A stretch of DNA of 37,598 nucleotides, from positions 1 through 37,598 of the forward strand of contig JAZDKZ010000002.1 of NCBI GenBank assembly GCA_043802485.1, read 5' to 3'. Of the stretch, positions 37,031-37,598 are shown one piece after another; the first letter of the stretch is position 1, and the number at the start of each line of letters is the position of its first letter. The translations under genes were made by a program, and so were the position numbers. Origin of the DNA: Candidatus Aenigmatarchaeota archaeon. GTDB lineage: Archaea; Aenigmatarchaeota; Aenigmatarchaeia; Aenigmatarchaeales; Aenigmatarchaeaceae. Below the pieces are notes generated by a model that saw only the letters and a list, made by a program, of their open reading frames with translations, did not search any database and was not told the DNA's origin.

Positions 37031-37598
37031 ATAATGAAGCTAAGTTTTTTGATAAGAAGGCAGAAATAGATTATAAGGTTTTAGATGACGACGATTATTT
37101 AAAAGTTCTTAAATTACACTTTCCAGAACTATTCAATAAGAATATGAAAATATTAGAAATAGGTTGTGGTTGTGGAGCTTTCGGAAGACATTTTAAAGGT
37201 AAAGTAAAGGGTATAGAAATATCTCCAAAATTAGCAAAAAAAGCCAATAATTTTTTTCCTTGCGTTTTAGGTGATATTCGTCATCTTCCGTTTGCAGATA
37301 AAAGTTTTGATATAATTTTTTCGGGGTTCGTTTTACATCATGTTGTTAACGATATAAGTAAAGTTGTTAAAGAATGTAAAAGAGTTCTTAAAAACAAAGG
37401 AAAAATATTTTTAATAGAACCCAATGCAAAAAGTTTATTTGAAGAAATGCAAAGATTTAGAAATCCAAAAGGATACTCTAAAGAAGAAAGAGCAATTACT
37501 GTAAATGAATTAAGAAAATGGTTCAAAGATTTTGATTGTGAATTTACTGTCGAACATTATACTTATAGAGTACAAAAAAATATAAGATTATATAAATT
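37027..37598 (+). CDS. Class I SAM-dependent methyltransferase (runs off the window end)
   Basis: ATG 37027 overlaps the upstream stop. ILEIGCGCG motif I, GIEIS, GDIRHLPFADKSFD, VLHH, RVLKNKG. Open to the window edge. Confidence 0.9.
   Translation, partial: MNNEAKFFDKKAEIDYKVLDDDDYLKVLKLHFPELFNKNMKILEIGCGCGAFGRHFKGKVKGIEISPKLAKKANNFFPCVLGDIRHLPFADKSFDIIFSGFVLHHVVNDISKVVKECKRVLKNKGKIFLIEPNAKSLFEEMQRFRNPKGYSKEERAITVNELRKWFKDFDCEFTVEHYTYRVQKNIRLYK

Noticed and set aside
1..37598. tRNA, rRNA, provirus or IS elements
   Set aside because: None recognised by eye in the intergenic regions or the ORF set.

Overview
Archaeal chromosomal window around a replication origin. The lineage is probably DPANN and possibly Aenigmarchaeota-like; this is an inference from gene content and compactness. 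It encodes two wHTH proteins, a divergent histone, RPA, RadA, a PRC-barrel protein, nrdR-nrdD-nrdG with NrdR boxes, peptidases, DnaG and a small Toprim protein. An oriC with ORB-like elements lies upstream of orc1/cdc6, followed by a catalytically dead PolD small subunit (DP1) and a PolB. Further right are a SelB-like protein, secDF and a surface-glycan cluster with two B12-radical SAM enzymes. Two things stand out. (1) The order cdc6, inactivated DP1, PolB, where PolB ends in a zinc finger resembling the DP1-binding C-terminus of PolD DP2. This suggests a eukaryote-like two-subunit B-family replicase sitting where PolD normally is. (2) A ~450-bp non-coding array of TTCACGTGAA palindromes, identical to the core of bacterial parS, between an AAA+/wHTH ATPase and a divergent small wHTH gene. 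Variants of the same motif recur inside oriC. All family assignments come from motif recognition by eye; no searches were run.
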